DNA of 64,000 nucleotides. Origin: an uncultured Armatimonadetes bacterium. Its GTDB lineage: Bacteria > Armatimonadota > Hebobacteria > Hebobacterales > Hebobacteraceae. Position 1 is the stretch's first letter. Each line of letters starts with the position of its first letter. Positions 30,012 to 40,705 of the stretch are shown here, piece by piece. The notes under the pieces are model-generated. The model ran no database searches, had not been told where the DNA came from, and worked only from the letters and a program-made list of their open reading frames with translations. A program made the translations under genes and the position numbers. The stretch is taken from NCBI GenBank assembly GCA_963716175.1, contig OY970296.1, positions 2,784,001-2,848,000 of the forward strand. The letters are read 5' to 3'.

Positions 30012-31106
30012 ATGACAGGAAGAGGGAGAGGATTCACGCTGATCGAGTTGTTGGTGGTGATCGCGATTATTGCGATTCTGGCAGCGATGCTGTTCCCCGT
30101 GTTTGCGCGAGCGCGTGAATCGGCGCGCAAGATTCAATGCCTGTCGAACATCAAGAACCTCGCCATGGCCGTGCAGATGTACCTGACGGACTACGACCGG
30201 CTGTGGCCAAAGGAGCACCGTCCGGAGGTGATCGCCGGGTCGCATCCGGATAACCCCGATTCGACCAACGGTTGCGCGATGTCGGCCGGCACCAGGATGA
30301 ACCCGTACCTGCAGCCGCCGGTGATCCTGGATGAGTACATCAAGAACCGGGACGTGTGGAGTTGTCCGTCCGCTCGCGCCAGCGCCTCCTGGTCCATCCT
30401 GAATCCGCTGGGGATGGACTGGTGGGTACGGGTCAACACGGTGGACCCACTCAGCTGGGGCGAGGTGGGTGTGGGGCAGTGCGGTGGCGGCAACTTCCCT
30501 CCGGGTTGGGGCGGCGACGTGACCGACACCATTGCTCAGGGAAGGAGCAGCGGGGATAGTCCGGGTGCCTTCCACAACTCGCTCAACGTGATCGCCCTGC
30601 GCGAGGTCAAGACCGCCGAGATAGGCGATCCGGCGAAGTACGTGATCGCGGGCGAGTGCCAGATCGGCCAGCCCGTCTGGGGCCCCCTGGACGTGGCCTA
30701 CCCGGATGCCTCTGCCATGTGCGGGGCCAACCCGGGCTCGCTTGCTTGCTGCGGCGGCAACTGGGTGGACTGGGCAAACTGCTCCTGGAGCGTGGACTGC
30801 GGCGCCGCACACGACCTCAATTACGCCGACACCGAGATCCGGAAGGAGTACGGGAGGCCGCGGCACATGGGCGGCAGCAATGTGGGCTTTGCCGACGGCC
30901 ACGCCTCCTGGTACAACTCTGAAGACATCCTCGCCAACTACGCGCCGGACCAAGGCGTCGTCGACGGCGGAGCCTTCCGTTACCAGTGCTACGGCGTCCC
31001 GGGGGCCGGCGCGGCGCGGGCAAAGCGGGACACCTGGGGCGGCTTCCAAGGCGGCATCTGCGGGATGTGGGGCGCCTTCGGGCTTGTACCACAGGGCTGC
31101 GGCTAG
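30012..31106 (+). CDS. Prepilin-type N-methylation / DUF1559 / H-X9-DG protein
   Basis: [26 protein letters not shown] and [14 protein letters not shown] motifs. Confidence 0.95.
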   Translation: MTGRGRGFTLIELLVVIAIIAILAAMLFPVFARARESARKIQCLSNIKNLAMAVQMYLTDYDRLWPKEHRPEVIAGSHPDNPDSTNGCAMSAGTRMNPYLQPPVILDEYIKNRDVWSCPSARASASWSILNPLGMDWWVRVNTVDPLSWGEVGVGQCGGGNFPPGWGGDVTDTIAQGRSSGDSPGAFHNSLNVIALREVKTAEIGDPAKYVIAGECQIGQPVWGPLDVAYPDASAMCGANPGSLACCGGNWVDWANCSWSVDCGAAHDLNYADTEIRKEYGRPRHMGGSNVGFADGHASWYNSEDILANYAPDQGVVDGGAFRYQCYGVPGAGAARAKRDTWGGFQGGICGMWGAFGLVPQGCG

Positions 31107-31142
31107 CCAGCCGCCACCGCATGAGGCCGGATTGAGACACCG

Positions 31143-31172
31143 GACGGCCCCGGAGATGTTTCCGGGGCCGTC
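31143..31172 (+). terminator. Hairpin after prepilin gene
   Basis: GACGGCCCCGGA / TCCGGGGCCGTC inverted repeat. Confidence 0.5.
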
Positions 31173-31241
31173 TCTCCGTGAGGTGACCTCTTCCACCGAG
31201 GTCGCCCGCGGTCTCGCGACCGGAGGGCGGCGACCGAGGAG

Positions 31242-32369
31242 GTGAGTGCGATGGAGGGACCGCGGGCGCCCCGGCGAGGTGAGCTAGCCCAGGTGGCGCA
31301 ACTGCACCAGGCAGTATTCGGCGTGATCCGGCGGCCGGAACCAGAACAATCCCCTCCGCCGGCCCGCCTCCGCGCGGTACGGGGGAAGCGGGTGCTGATC
31401 GTGGCCGAGGAGGGCCGACCCGTGAGCCGCGCCGCGGTGTACTACGATACCGCCTCCATGTTCGGTTGCCGGGTGAGGACGGCCAGTATCAGTGGGGTGT
31501 GCACCCATCCCGAGTGCCGGGGGCGCGGCTATGCCAGTCGCATCCTCGAGCGCTGTCTCTCGGACGCCGTTGCTCGCCGAGCGCGCGTGTTCATTGTTTC
31601 CGGCGATCGCGGTCTCTACCAGCGCGTTGGGTGCCGCGCGGTAGGTGCAATGCGGAGCATGACGCTCCGGGCAGCGCAGACATGGCCGGCCGCGGATAGG
31701 GTCTCTGTAAGGAAGGCCGGGCTCGGGGACCGGCCCATGGTGCGCGCGCTCTACGACCGGGAGCCGCTGCGCTTCTGCCGGTGCGCGGATGGCTGGGCGG
31801 AGTTGGAGGCGGAGTGGCAACGAGGGTGGCCCGAGACCTGGATCGTCGAACGGCGCGGCGTTGCCCTTGCCTATCTGTGGCTTGGGCCCCTGTGGAGCCC
31901 GCCTCGCCAGGGCGTGCGTGAGGTCTACGAGTACGCGGGGTCTCGCCTCGCCCTCGTGGAGGCGCTGCCACGGCTGATGGCAGTGATGAACCTTCGTGAG
32001 CTGTCGCTCGCCTTCTCCGCCCTGGAGGAAGAGCTGTCGTCACTACTGGCCGAGCGCGGAGTTCGCACTGAGGCCGCCACGCTGCCCGGCACGCACCGCC
32101 TGCTCGATCTGCCCGGACTCATGCGGGACCTGACACCATATCTCGCGGAGCGGCTCCCGAAAAGCATCCAGTGCGGTCTGTCCTTCGGCCAGGACCGCGA
32201 TCGATGCTGCTTCTGCCTGGGAGAGGAGCGGGCCGACCTGGAGCTAGGGGCCTCGGTGGAACTGGTACTGGGCAGTCCCCGGGCACCGGTGGTAGGACGG
32301 CAACTGGGAGAGGTGTTGGCGCAGGTATTCCCGGTGCCGTTCCCCACACCTGGGATGAACATGGTGTGA
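31242..32369 (+). CDS. GNAT acetyltransferase (Eis-like architecture)
   Basis: VCTHPECRGRGYA and GLYQRVG motifs. Confidence 0.85.
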   Translation: MSAMEGPRAPRRGELAQVAQLHQAVFGVIRRPEPEQSPPPARLRAVRGKRVLIVAEEGRPVSRAAVYYDTASMFGCRVRTASISGVCTHPECRGRGYASRILERCLSDAVARRARVFIVSGDRGLYQRVGCRAVGAMRSMTLRAAQTWPAADRVSVRKAGLGDRPMVRALYDREPLRFCRCADGWAELEAEWQRGWPETWIVERRGVALAYLWLGPLWSPPRQGVREVYEYAGSRLALVEALPRLMAVMNLRELSLAFSALEEELSSLLAERGVRTEAATLPGTHRLLDLPGLMRDLTPYLAERLPKSIQCGLSFGQDRDRCCFCLGEERADLELGASVELVLGSPRAPVVGRQLGEVLAQVFPVPFPTPGMNMV

Positions 32370-32441
32370 CGGATGGGAACGCATCCCATTGCGCCAATCG
32401 CAGTCACGCCCTGAGCGGCCAGGAGGTCGTGGGGCCCCAGT

Positions 32442-32664
32442 GTGTGGGTGTCAGACGGCGATGGAACCGGTCTGGGACACCGACAGCAAGGAGACAGAGC
32501 CGCCGACAGGGGACAGCGAGTCGGCCTCCACCGCGGACGCAGCCTAGCTAGGCATATGTGGGATTACCGCGTCAGCATTCCCCCGGCCCGGCTGTCTGCA
32601 GTTGCGCCTGTGAGAGTGAGCGCAGACCCTGCTAGGTGGTTCCATCGCCGCCTGACACCCACAC
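32442..32664. repeat. 27-bp inverted repeat pair (MITE-like)
   Basis: GTGTGGGTGTCAGACGGCGATGGAACC (32442-32468) and its complement at 32638-32664, with one mismatch. Confidence 0.7.
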
Positions 32665-32822
32665 CTGGACTGAGCGGGCCTGCCCGTGATCGCCACCTTG
32701 GCCTGGCTGCTGCGCCGGGCCGACGCGTGCGACCCGCTGTGCATTCGCGACGGAACCCCGTGCAGTGATTCCGCGCCGAGGGAGTAGCCGGAGTCGGGGG
32801 GTGACCGGGGTGCCGAACCGCG
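32665..32822 (+). repeat. Dispersed repeat family, copy 4 (inverted relative to copies 0-3)
   Basis: LD*AGLPVIATLAWLL segment followed by the same hairpin. Confidence 0.8.
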
Positions 32823-32961
32823 CTCTCATCTGGGTATGGCGGAGTGCGGGAGATAGCCGACCCAGGCAAGCCCACAACCCGCTCAAGGCGGCCCTACTGG
32901 CACCCAGCACACGCAGGATGCTTCGATCCGAACGCCCTCGTGGGCTACGCCGTGTATGACG

Positions 32962-35529
32962 TCATCCCGCTCGCACCACCTTGACATCCTCGGCCCCGAT
33001 CTTAAGGCTCAGCCGCCCTCCCGGCGCGTCGAGCTTTTCGCCGGAGAGCACCTCCGTCAGCGCCGCCGGCGCCGAGTCGAAGCTGACCGTCGTCCGCTGC
33101 ACCGTGTCGCTATCATTGAAGAGGGTGAAGTACATCTGCCCGCCGGACTTGCCAAAGCGTTCCACGTACACCTTCGGGTTGTCTGATCGCGCTAGCGTCA
33201 CCGGTTCCCAACCGGCCGCGCTCAGCGTCTTGATCACGGGGATGTAGGTCTTGAACAGAGGGCGGTCACGGTCGTACAGCTCGGGCCGCCGCCAGTACGG
33301 GTCATCCGAGGCATTGTGACTGAAGAAGCTTGGGAAGATGCCGTAGGCGGCCGACCGCTTCATGTATCGCTCCACCCACTCCTTGGGGAATTGCTCGAAG
33401 CGCGTGTTCTGCAGGAGCAGGTAGGGCCGCTGGTAAGAGAGCGCCCGGAAGTAGCTGAGGGTCTCGTCCGATGGCGGTGAGTACTTCCCCCCAGCAGCCC
33501 AGCTCATCTCGATTCCCATCACGTCGAACCAGGCACAGCCCCAGGGGAACTCAATGGGAAGCGAGTTCGCGAAGGTCATGAGTTGTCGCCCCCACATGCG
33601 TCGCGCCAGGTCCTTTGCGAATTCCGTCGTGTTGAAGATCCCCAACTGGCAGACGCGCCCCTGCCGGTCAAAGACGAGCGGCGTCTCGGCGCTACGGAAG
33701 TGCTCGCGCCGGTAGTTTCGTTGGCTCGCAGCCATCTCGAAGCTGTCCACGTAGACCCCACTGAGCTTGGGGTTATCCCGGAGCGATCGGTTCACGGCCT
33801 CCCAGTTCAGGCTGTACTTGGCATCCTGCCCCGTTCGGCCCAGCGCCGGGCTCGGGTTCAGGTAGTAGACGACGCCATCGCACCAGGGCGTGTTTCGGAT
33901 GTCGCCGACCCAGTTGCCCTGGGAATCCTTCTCAGCGGAGACCATCGCGGCCTTTGCCTCCTGCTGGCCCGCCGCTGCCTGTTGCTGCGCGTAGGCGAAG
34001 GCGCTCTCCGGCGTGCGTTCCACTTCCTTGGGCAGCGCCAGCCACCAGCTCATCGGCTCGATGTAGACGAAGGTGTTGATGCCGTGCGCGCTGTCGAAGG
34101 GGACATTATCGTCGCCCTCCTTGAACTGAAAGCCGAAGTCCTCCCAGCCTTTCACCGTGGCGATGTCGGAGAAAGGCATCCAGATACCTTCCCGCGTGTT
34201 GCGCTTGGTGAAGCACTGCGGGAAGAGCTGGTAGTAGGTGGCCAGCGCGGAGCGAAAGCCCCAGCTGGGATCCGGCCGGTAGAGCACCAAGCTGAAAGTT
34301 GCGGAAGAGGGGAACTTCGCGGTCTCCTTTGAGAGCCCGAGATCGAAGGCCGCGTACAGCTCCTTCGAGCTGGCGTCGTATCCGAACCGCACCAGTCGGG
34401 GCACGTCCAGCGGCACCGCCATCGCCACCGCGTCCCGCGGGCCGGCGATGCACGCCAGGGGATAGCGCGAGGCCGAGCCATTTGCGCCGGCCCCAATGTT
34501 CCCGACGTTCTGGTACTTCTGCCCCGCCTCGATTCGCCGTGCCCTCCTCTGATCGTCGTACCAGTTCCACCCGATGGCGTCCACCGGATAGGTGAAGTAG
34601 ACTGTCACCGCCCGGTCCCGGCCGGTGAGGGCCTGCACCGTGCCATCGATACGAATGCTGCCGACATCTCCGGCCCGATAGCTCACGGTGAGCCCCAGTT
34701 CCAGGCGGGCCTCCCGCGCCTCATAGACAGCGCCGCCGGCAGTCCTGTGCCCGTTGCCCTGGGGCCGGTAAAAGCTCGAGTTAGCGGCTGCGTCGCGGAG
34801 CAGGAAGCCCCCCACCGCGTCCGTGACGACGCCACCGTCCTGGGCGAGGCGCAGCACGAAGCCCGGCGCCTTTCCCACCTGGAGCGTCACCGCCGGCAGC
34901 TTGGCCGACTGGCGGACGGTCTGCACCGGGATGGCGTCGAACTGATCAATGCCGTCGGCGGCGTCTGCGCTCCACAGGCGGAAATCGTCGAACCAGGCCG
35001 TACCAGAATGGTTGCGGAAGATCCCGCAGACGTTGATCGCGCACACCGGCTTGGAGGGGATGACCGTGACCGTGGGCTTCTGCCAACCGTGCGTTCCCGT
35101 ATCGAACGGCGCCGTCTGACCCCAGAGAGGAGTGCCGTCGACGTACTCCAGGTCCAGGTAGAGGGAGTAGTCGTTGTCCGGTCCGCCGGAGATCTTGCTG
35201 GCTCTGCTCCAGCACTCGACCGTGATGGGGAGCGCGGCCTTCTGGTCGAGCTGAAGGCGATACACGAGGCCGCGCTGGTCCTCGGGGGAGGCATTGGCGC
35301 AGCGGGCGCAGTAGCGGCCGGAATGCGGGGCCTCTGCGTCCACCTCATACCCCGACTCCCACTTGCTCCAATGGGCAAAGTCGCCACCCGAGACGCTTGC
35401 TAGGTTACCATTCTGCAGGCGATCTGCGCCCGCAGCCATCGAAAATGAGAGAGCCTTCTTCATCACGGTGCCATGGGCGAACACATTGGTGCTTGAGAGT
35501 AGGATGAGCAGCAGCAGGCATAGTCTCAC
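32962..35529 (-). CDS. Secreted protein with CBM-like N-domain and probable glycoside-hydrolase-like barrel
   Basis: Signal peptide, NG.....W..D...PHSG / FDD CBM-type pattern and GVYVDS motif. Confidence 0.7.
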   Translation of the reverse strand: MRLCLLLLILLSSTNVFAHGTVMKKALSFSMAAGADRLQNGNLASVSGGDFAHWSKWESGYEVDAEAPHSGRYCARCANASPEDQRGLVYRLQLDQKAALPITVECWSRASKISGGPDNDYSLYLDLEYVDGTPLWGQTAPFDTGTHGWQKPTVTVIPSKPVCAINVCGIFRNHSGTAWFDDFRLWSADAADGIDQFDAIPVQTVRQSAKLPAVTLQVGKAPGFVLRLAQDGGVVTDAVGGFLLRDAAANSSFYRPQGNGHRTAGGAVYEAREARLELGLTVSYRAGDVGSIRIDGTVQALTGRDRAVTVYFTYPVDAIGWNWYDDQRRARRIEAGQKYQNVGNIGAGANGSASRYPLACIAGPRDAVAMAVPLDVPRLVRFGYDASSKELYAAFDLGLSKETAKFPSSATFSLVLYRPDPSWGFRSALATYYQLFPQCFTKRNTREGIWMPFSDIATVKGWEDFGFQFKEGDDNVPFDSAHGINTFVYIEPMSWWLALPKEVERTPESAFAYAQQQAAAGQQEAKAAMVSAEKDSQGNWVGDIRNTPWCDGVVYYLNPSPALGRTGQDAKYSLNWEAVNRSLRDNPKLSGVYVDSFEMAASQRNYRREHFRSAETPLVFDRQGRVCQLGIFNTTEFAKDLARRMWGRQLMTFANSLPIEFPWGCAWFDVMGIEMSWAAGGKYSPPSDETLSYFRALSYQRPYLLLQNTRFEQFPKEWVERYMKRSAAYGIFPSFFSHNASDDPYWRRPELYDRDRPLFKTYIPVIKTLSAAGWEPVTLARSDNPKVYVERFGKSGGQMYFTLFNDSDTVQRTTVSFDSAPAALTEVLSGEKLDAPGGRLSLKIGAEDVKVVRAG

Positions 35530-35531
35530 AG

Positions 35532-38253
35532 TTAGGCTCCTGGTGGTAGGGCCTCTGGCGACCCGGACCCACGCTCGCGCCTGAGAATCGGTTTGCGCTT
35601 CTCCGCGGCGGCGGCCGTCACCGCCACGATGCGGGCGCCGCTCTCCAGCAGGGCGGGCGCGGGCACGAAGAGCAGCTCACGAACCTTCCGCTCCGGGTAG
35701 GGGTTGCCCCATTCCCGCACTAGGTAGCGGCCGCCGTGGGATTCGACTAGCCAGCATGGGTCATCGAGACGAACGGGCAGGGAGGCGACATCGGCAGACA
35801 GCACCTCTCTCCCATAACGGACCGGGATGGGTTCCATTGTGCCGTCCTCATATCGCACCTGCCACTCACCCAAGGGAGTCCCGGCCGAACTCATGTGATC
35901 ACTGGTCATAGCTAGATAGAGTGCCACGATCTGCGCACCTACTGGGAGACGCGTGGCGCGCTGGGCCAGCGCTCGGTCGAGATCCTGCCGCTTCCCACCG
36001 CGTTCGAGCAGGAAGTGGATAGTGTCGCCCGGATGTAGCGCCTGCAGCGCGGCCGCCGCTTCCTGCGCACCCTGGTGGACGGAGAGCACGTAGCCATCAG
36101 GAGGGATGGCGGCGTTCCCAACGCCGGTCTGCACCTCTGCCACCTTGCCCCCGCGGACGGTCACCTCCACGCCGTACTGGTTGGTCTGGGTGTGGCCATC
36201 GCCGTAGCCGGGATGATAGAGCACTAGCTGGTCGGCCCCTCGGTCGGTGTCCTCGCCCTCGATGCGGAAGGCGCGACCATCGGGCAGCTCGACTAGCAGC
36301 AGCATCGGTTCACTCCCCCCAAGCCACTGCCCCTGCGCGTCGAGCACCGTCACCCGGTCGCCGGGGTGAAGGGAGAGCAGCCGTTCGGCCTTGTAGCCAT
36401 CGCCCCCCGGGTGGGCCGAGAGCACGAAGCCACCCGGCGGAATCGCATGATCGCCGGCGCCTTCGTTGCTCACCTCCAGCACGACACCGTTCGCCGCCAC
36501 CATCACCTCGCAGCCATAGCTGTTCGTGCCGGTCCGCTCCTGCGGCGCGGCGTAGAGGATGAGTTGCCCTTCCCCTCTCTCGGTGTTCACCCCGTCGAGC
36601 GCGAGGGTAGGCCCGCCGGGAAGTCGCACCCGAGCGGCCCCCGCGGCGGACGTCAGCGGCTTGCTATTTTCCGGCAGAGGCGGGAGAACCACTGGGTGCG
36701 CCGTGTCCAGAGGCACGCCGAAGGACTGCTGGCGCGCGGCACTTACCCACTGGCGCGTGGGGCCAGTAGGAGAGAGCAACAGCGCGGTGTCACTGGGGAA
36801 CGCTAAGCTGTTACGGCGCCAGAGCACGCCGTTGACCGCGTGCTGGGCGGCCCCAGTGAGTTCCGGTTCCGGGCGCACCGCCGACGATGCAACCGATGCG
36901 TTCCACGTGGCCTGCGCGTAGAGCGCGGACACCGGGCTGAAGGTCGGCGTGGCGAAGCAGCCCGGCGGGTCGGCCCAGATCGTCCCCAGGGTAGGCGCCT
37001 GCCGCGCCGAGGCGAAGCGCACGAACGAGAAGGGCGTCTGCCATGGGCTGGCCCACACCGTGAAGCCCTGGGAGCGGAGGTAGTCCAGCCCGGGATAGGC
37101 CGGCAGCGGGTCGTAGAACCAGTAGTCCAGGATCACGTCCTTTGGGATCTTGGCGAGGGCCGCGGCTGTGTTCTGTGGCGGACCGCCGTTCGCGGGGCCG
37201 GCCGGCGCGCCCAGTTCCTTCTCCAGATCCGGCGAGATCAGCATGTCATGCCAGATCACCATCTTCACCCCACGTGCCTTCAGGAACGAGTCCACTCGCT
37301 CGATGTGCCGCGCCAGGAGCGTGGTCACGTCATAGCTCTCGGCCGAAAGCCAGGTGAACAACTCCCACGCCTCGTCCATGCCGCAGTGGAAGTACTCTAC
37401 CGGGCCGTACACGTCGAGCATCTCGAAGAGAACCGGATAGATGAACTTGTCGTAGGTCTCGTCATTGCGGATATCGAGGCCGCCGTGTTGCGTATACGGC
37501 ACCTTCTGATAGCCCCGGTCAACGTGCCCCAGCAAGTTCAGGTAGCCCATCGGTCTGATCCCCAGGCTCCACCGCGTACTCCACCACCTCGCGCGCCTGG
37601 GCCTTGGTGAACCGCTGCCCCTGTGCCATGGTTGGATCGAAGTTGAGCACCACCTGGGGCCCGAACTCCATCGCCACATAGGTGATGTGTTGCCGCGCCA
37701 GCAGCTTCAGCGTCTGCCGGTAGTCCTCGAGACTGTGGACCCACGCGCCCTCGATCATGAAGGCCCGGAAGGTGGTGTCCGGCCAGTCACGTATCCCGGG
37801 GATGGTCACCAGGTAGCCCTCTGGCGTCCGGCGCGCCTGTCCCAGAAGCACCGCCAGTGTATGCACCGCCCAAAACGCGCCCTGCGCGTCATGCGCCTCC
37901 AATGACACCTCACCACGCCACGCCGCGACCGTGTACTCCTCAGGCCGAGTGAGATCCCCCGGCGCCAGCGCCAGCCGGATCACTGTTCCGCGCTTGCCCG
38001 TTGCGGCCTGGGGGCCGAACAGCGTGTCCACCTCCCGCCGCATCAGCGCGGCCGGGCCCGCCAACTCGGCCGAGGCCTCCACCCGGATCGGCAGTCGCAC
38101 CTGCAGCTCCGTGGCCGGTCTGACCTCCCGCGGCTGCGGCCAGAGCAGCGAAACGGGATCGCTCCAGGACGATGAGGCCGCGCCGGCCGGCAATGCCGCG
38201 AGTGCGCTCAACCCGATCATGACAGCGACAGCGAAGAAGCCCTTCTCTGACAC
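35532..38253 (-). pseudogene. GH20-family hexosaminidase-like protein, frameshifted near 37570
   Basis: LWPQP, EEYT, IRDWPD..FR, N.LGH, HCGMDE and WHDM motifs, plus two C-terminal repeats (IPPxGxVLSxH). Split over two frames. Confidence 0.75.
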
Positions 38254-38421
38254 AGCGCTCCCCTGGAGACGGCTCAGATACTGCTGACTTCGCCAGGCAA
38301 GGGGATATCCTCCTCTCCCGCGCAGCCCACCAGCCGGTTGGCACTGGAAACTCGGCTGATCCGGTGGCATGGGAAGCCGCGGTTTGACATGGTGGGACAG
38401 AGGCGGCGATGACGGCACCCG

Positions 38422-40629
38422 CTATCGTCTGTGTACTTTGTAGGCCACGTCGGTGGTGAGTCCCGGCGGCGTGGTGATGGTGATACGGCCGTCGGTTGAC
38501 GTCACATCTGACCTGCCGACGACGGCGCCGGTGGCCGTGTCCCACTGTTCGATGCGGTAGGCGCCCGGAGCGAAACCAGCCAGGACGATCTCGCTGGGGT
38601 TGACGGCCTTGGGCGCGATGCCGCTGCGATGGTTCCACCAAGTGTGCTCCTTATTCTGCACCCACACCAGAGCCGAGGCGGCGTTCGCGAGTGCCAGGAC
38701 GCGGAGGTCCGGCCCGTTCAAGTAGTTCGTGAGGCGATAGGAAACGTAGAACCAGTCCGCCCCGGTGTCTTCCACGGTGATAGTGTGAGGGCCGGCCGGA
38801 ACCTCTATGGTGTACGCCCGGTCATACTGGCGCATGGTTCGGTGATCGTCGGGCGACGTGTCTGGGAAGTCGGCGGTGAGAAGCTTCGCGCCGTCGCGGG
38901 AGATGGTGAGCGCGGCGCCCCCGTAGCCAGAGACGCCGGAGACCAGCACCTCGAAGGTGCCGGCCGCGGGGTAGTTCACCTGGAAGGTGGTGGGGTTGTG
39001 CCAGCTGGGATGGTTCATCACTCCGTGCAGGACGCGGCTGAGAGACTCGAAGTTGGCGACGCTGCCGTCATTGCGGACCGTACACGTCTGCGGCCGATTG
39101 TAGACAGAGCCGTCGCCCCAGCTCTCCCCAGGTGGCTCGATAGTGGTGCTGGCATACGTCTTCGGATTCTGGCCTGGGTCATACTGCACGGTGGCGGGTG
39201 CGGGAGAGTAGTCCTCCTTGGGCCAGTCAATGCCGGCCACGTAGGCGGCGATTGGGCTGAACTCGCGATAGAGCTGTCTGGGCTCCACGTAGTTGTCCCA
39301 CCACCAGAGCATGGCGGTGCCCGCGGAGAAGGAGTGCACGGCCGCCCACAGGCCGTTGTGCAGGTGAATACCCTCGGTGTCGGTGGTGTCGCCTCTTCCG
39401 GTCACATCGGCCCCGAACTCGCCGAAGTAGTGGGGCTTGTGATATCTCGCGGCCTTATCGAGATCAACGGAGCTCACCGTGCCGGCGAGGTCCTTGGAGC
39501 CATAGCTGTGGGACTGCACGAAATCCATCTCGGGCAGGCCGTCCACCGCCGGATCACCTGAGGTGTCGCCATAGCTGGTGGTCATGAGGTGCGCCCAGGG
39601 ATCAATGGAGCGAAGATACCGGCCCATCTCCCGGTGCCAGGCGGCGATGTTGGCGGAGTTGTACCCAGTGACACCGTCCACCTCGTTCCAGAACTCCCAG
39701 GCGAAGACGGAGGTGCTATATCCCCACCTAGCGACCAGATACCGGAGGCGCTGCTGGAAGAAACGCCTGGCCTCGGCGTCGGTGAAGAAGTCGGCTGGCG
39801 CGGCGCAGGGGCCGCCGTTGGCCTGGTTGGAGGGATACCGGCTCCAGTTGCCGTCCTCGCCCCCGGCGGCCAGGGAGTTGAAGGACTCTATGCACATCAG
39901 GGCGCGAATGCCCAGGCGCTCGCCCAGGTTCAGGATATAGTCTATGCGCCACGAGGCCTGCTGATCGTAGCGGCCCAGGCCGTTGCCTTCCCCGAGATGT
40001 TCCAGGCCAAGCTTGTTCCAGTCGTTGATCAGCCAGAGCCGGAGATAGCTGGCGCCGTGGCTGCCAAGACCGCCCATCCAGGTGTCGTAGTCATAGGTTC
40101 CACCTTCTCCGGGCCAGCAGACATTCTCTCCGATGGGGAAGTACGGCGCGCCGGAGTCGAGCTGAAAGTAGGACGGTGAGGCGCTGCGGCGGACGTAGCC
40201 GCCGCTTTCCGAGGCGCCCACGGAGAAGGCACCCGCGCCCAGACGCCGCAGGCCCGATGCATCCCGGACGGTGACTTCATAACGATAGCGCCCCACCTCC
40301 CCCCAGGCGAAGCGGATCTTGAACGCAGGCATGCCGGAGGCGGTGAGGATCTCGCGCCCGTCTGCGTCCCGCGAGCGCACAAACGGCTGGTAGAAGAACC
40401 CGGGCACACGAACGGTTTGGCCGGAGGGAGCGGTGAAGACGCCGACAATGTCAACCTCAGCCGGATCGTAGGGGTTCCCATAGAGGCCGGGGGATGAGAC
40501 GGTCAACTCGATCTTCTGAAAGCGGCCGACCGAAGACGCACTCTGACTGACCAGTTGGGCGTTTGCTGCAGGAAAGGCCAAAAGTACTAAGACGATAGCG
40601 GCCGGGAATGGTGCGAAGGGCTTCTTCAC
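38422..40629 (-). CDS. DUF5060 + GH5-like (clan A) secreted glycoside hydrolase
   Basis: NPYDP, ARWGYS..WEFWNE, SHSY, FGEFG and WWWD motifs. Confidence 0.85.
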   Translation of the reverse strand: MKKPFAPFPAAIVLVLLAFPAANAQLVSQSASSVGRFQKIELTVSSPGLYGNPYDPAEVDIVGVFTAPSGQTVRVPGFFYQPFVRSRDADGREILTASGMPAFKIRFAWGEVGRYRYEVTVRDASGLRRLGAGAFSVGASESGGYVRRSASPSYFQLDSGAPYFPIGENVCWPGEGGTYDYDTWMGGLGSHGASYLRLWLINDWNKLGLEHLGEGNGLGRYDQQASWRIDYILNLGERLGIRALMCIESFNSLAAGGEDGNWSRYPSNQANGGPCAAPADFFTDAEARRFFQQRLRYLVARWGYSTSVFAWEFWNEVDGVTGYNSANIAAWHREMGRYLRSIDPWAHLMTTSYGDTSGDPAVDGLPEMDFVQSHSYGSKDLAGTVSSVDLDKAARYHKPHYFGEFGADVTGRGDTTDTEGIHLHNGLWAAVHSFSAGTAMLWWWDNYVEPRQLYREFSPIAAYVAGIDWPKEDYSPAPATVQYDPGQNPKTYASTTIEPPGESWGDGSVYNRPQTCTVRNDGSVANFESLSRVLHGVMNHPSWHNPTTFQVNYPAAGTFEVLVSGVSGYGGAALTISRDGAKLLTADFPDTSPDDHRTMRQYDRAYTIEVPAGPHTITVEDTGADWFYVSYRLTNYLNGPDLRVLALANAASALVWVQNKEHTWWNHRSGIAPKAVNPSEIVLAGFAPGAYRIEQWDTATGAVVGRSDVTSTDGRITITTPPGLTTDVAYKVHRR

Positions 40630-40705
40630 GTTGTACCCCTTAGCTGGGTGAGCTGCGGCCCCACACCAGTGAGCAGGATGCTTCGGGCAACGAACTCGCG
40701 CCGGC

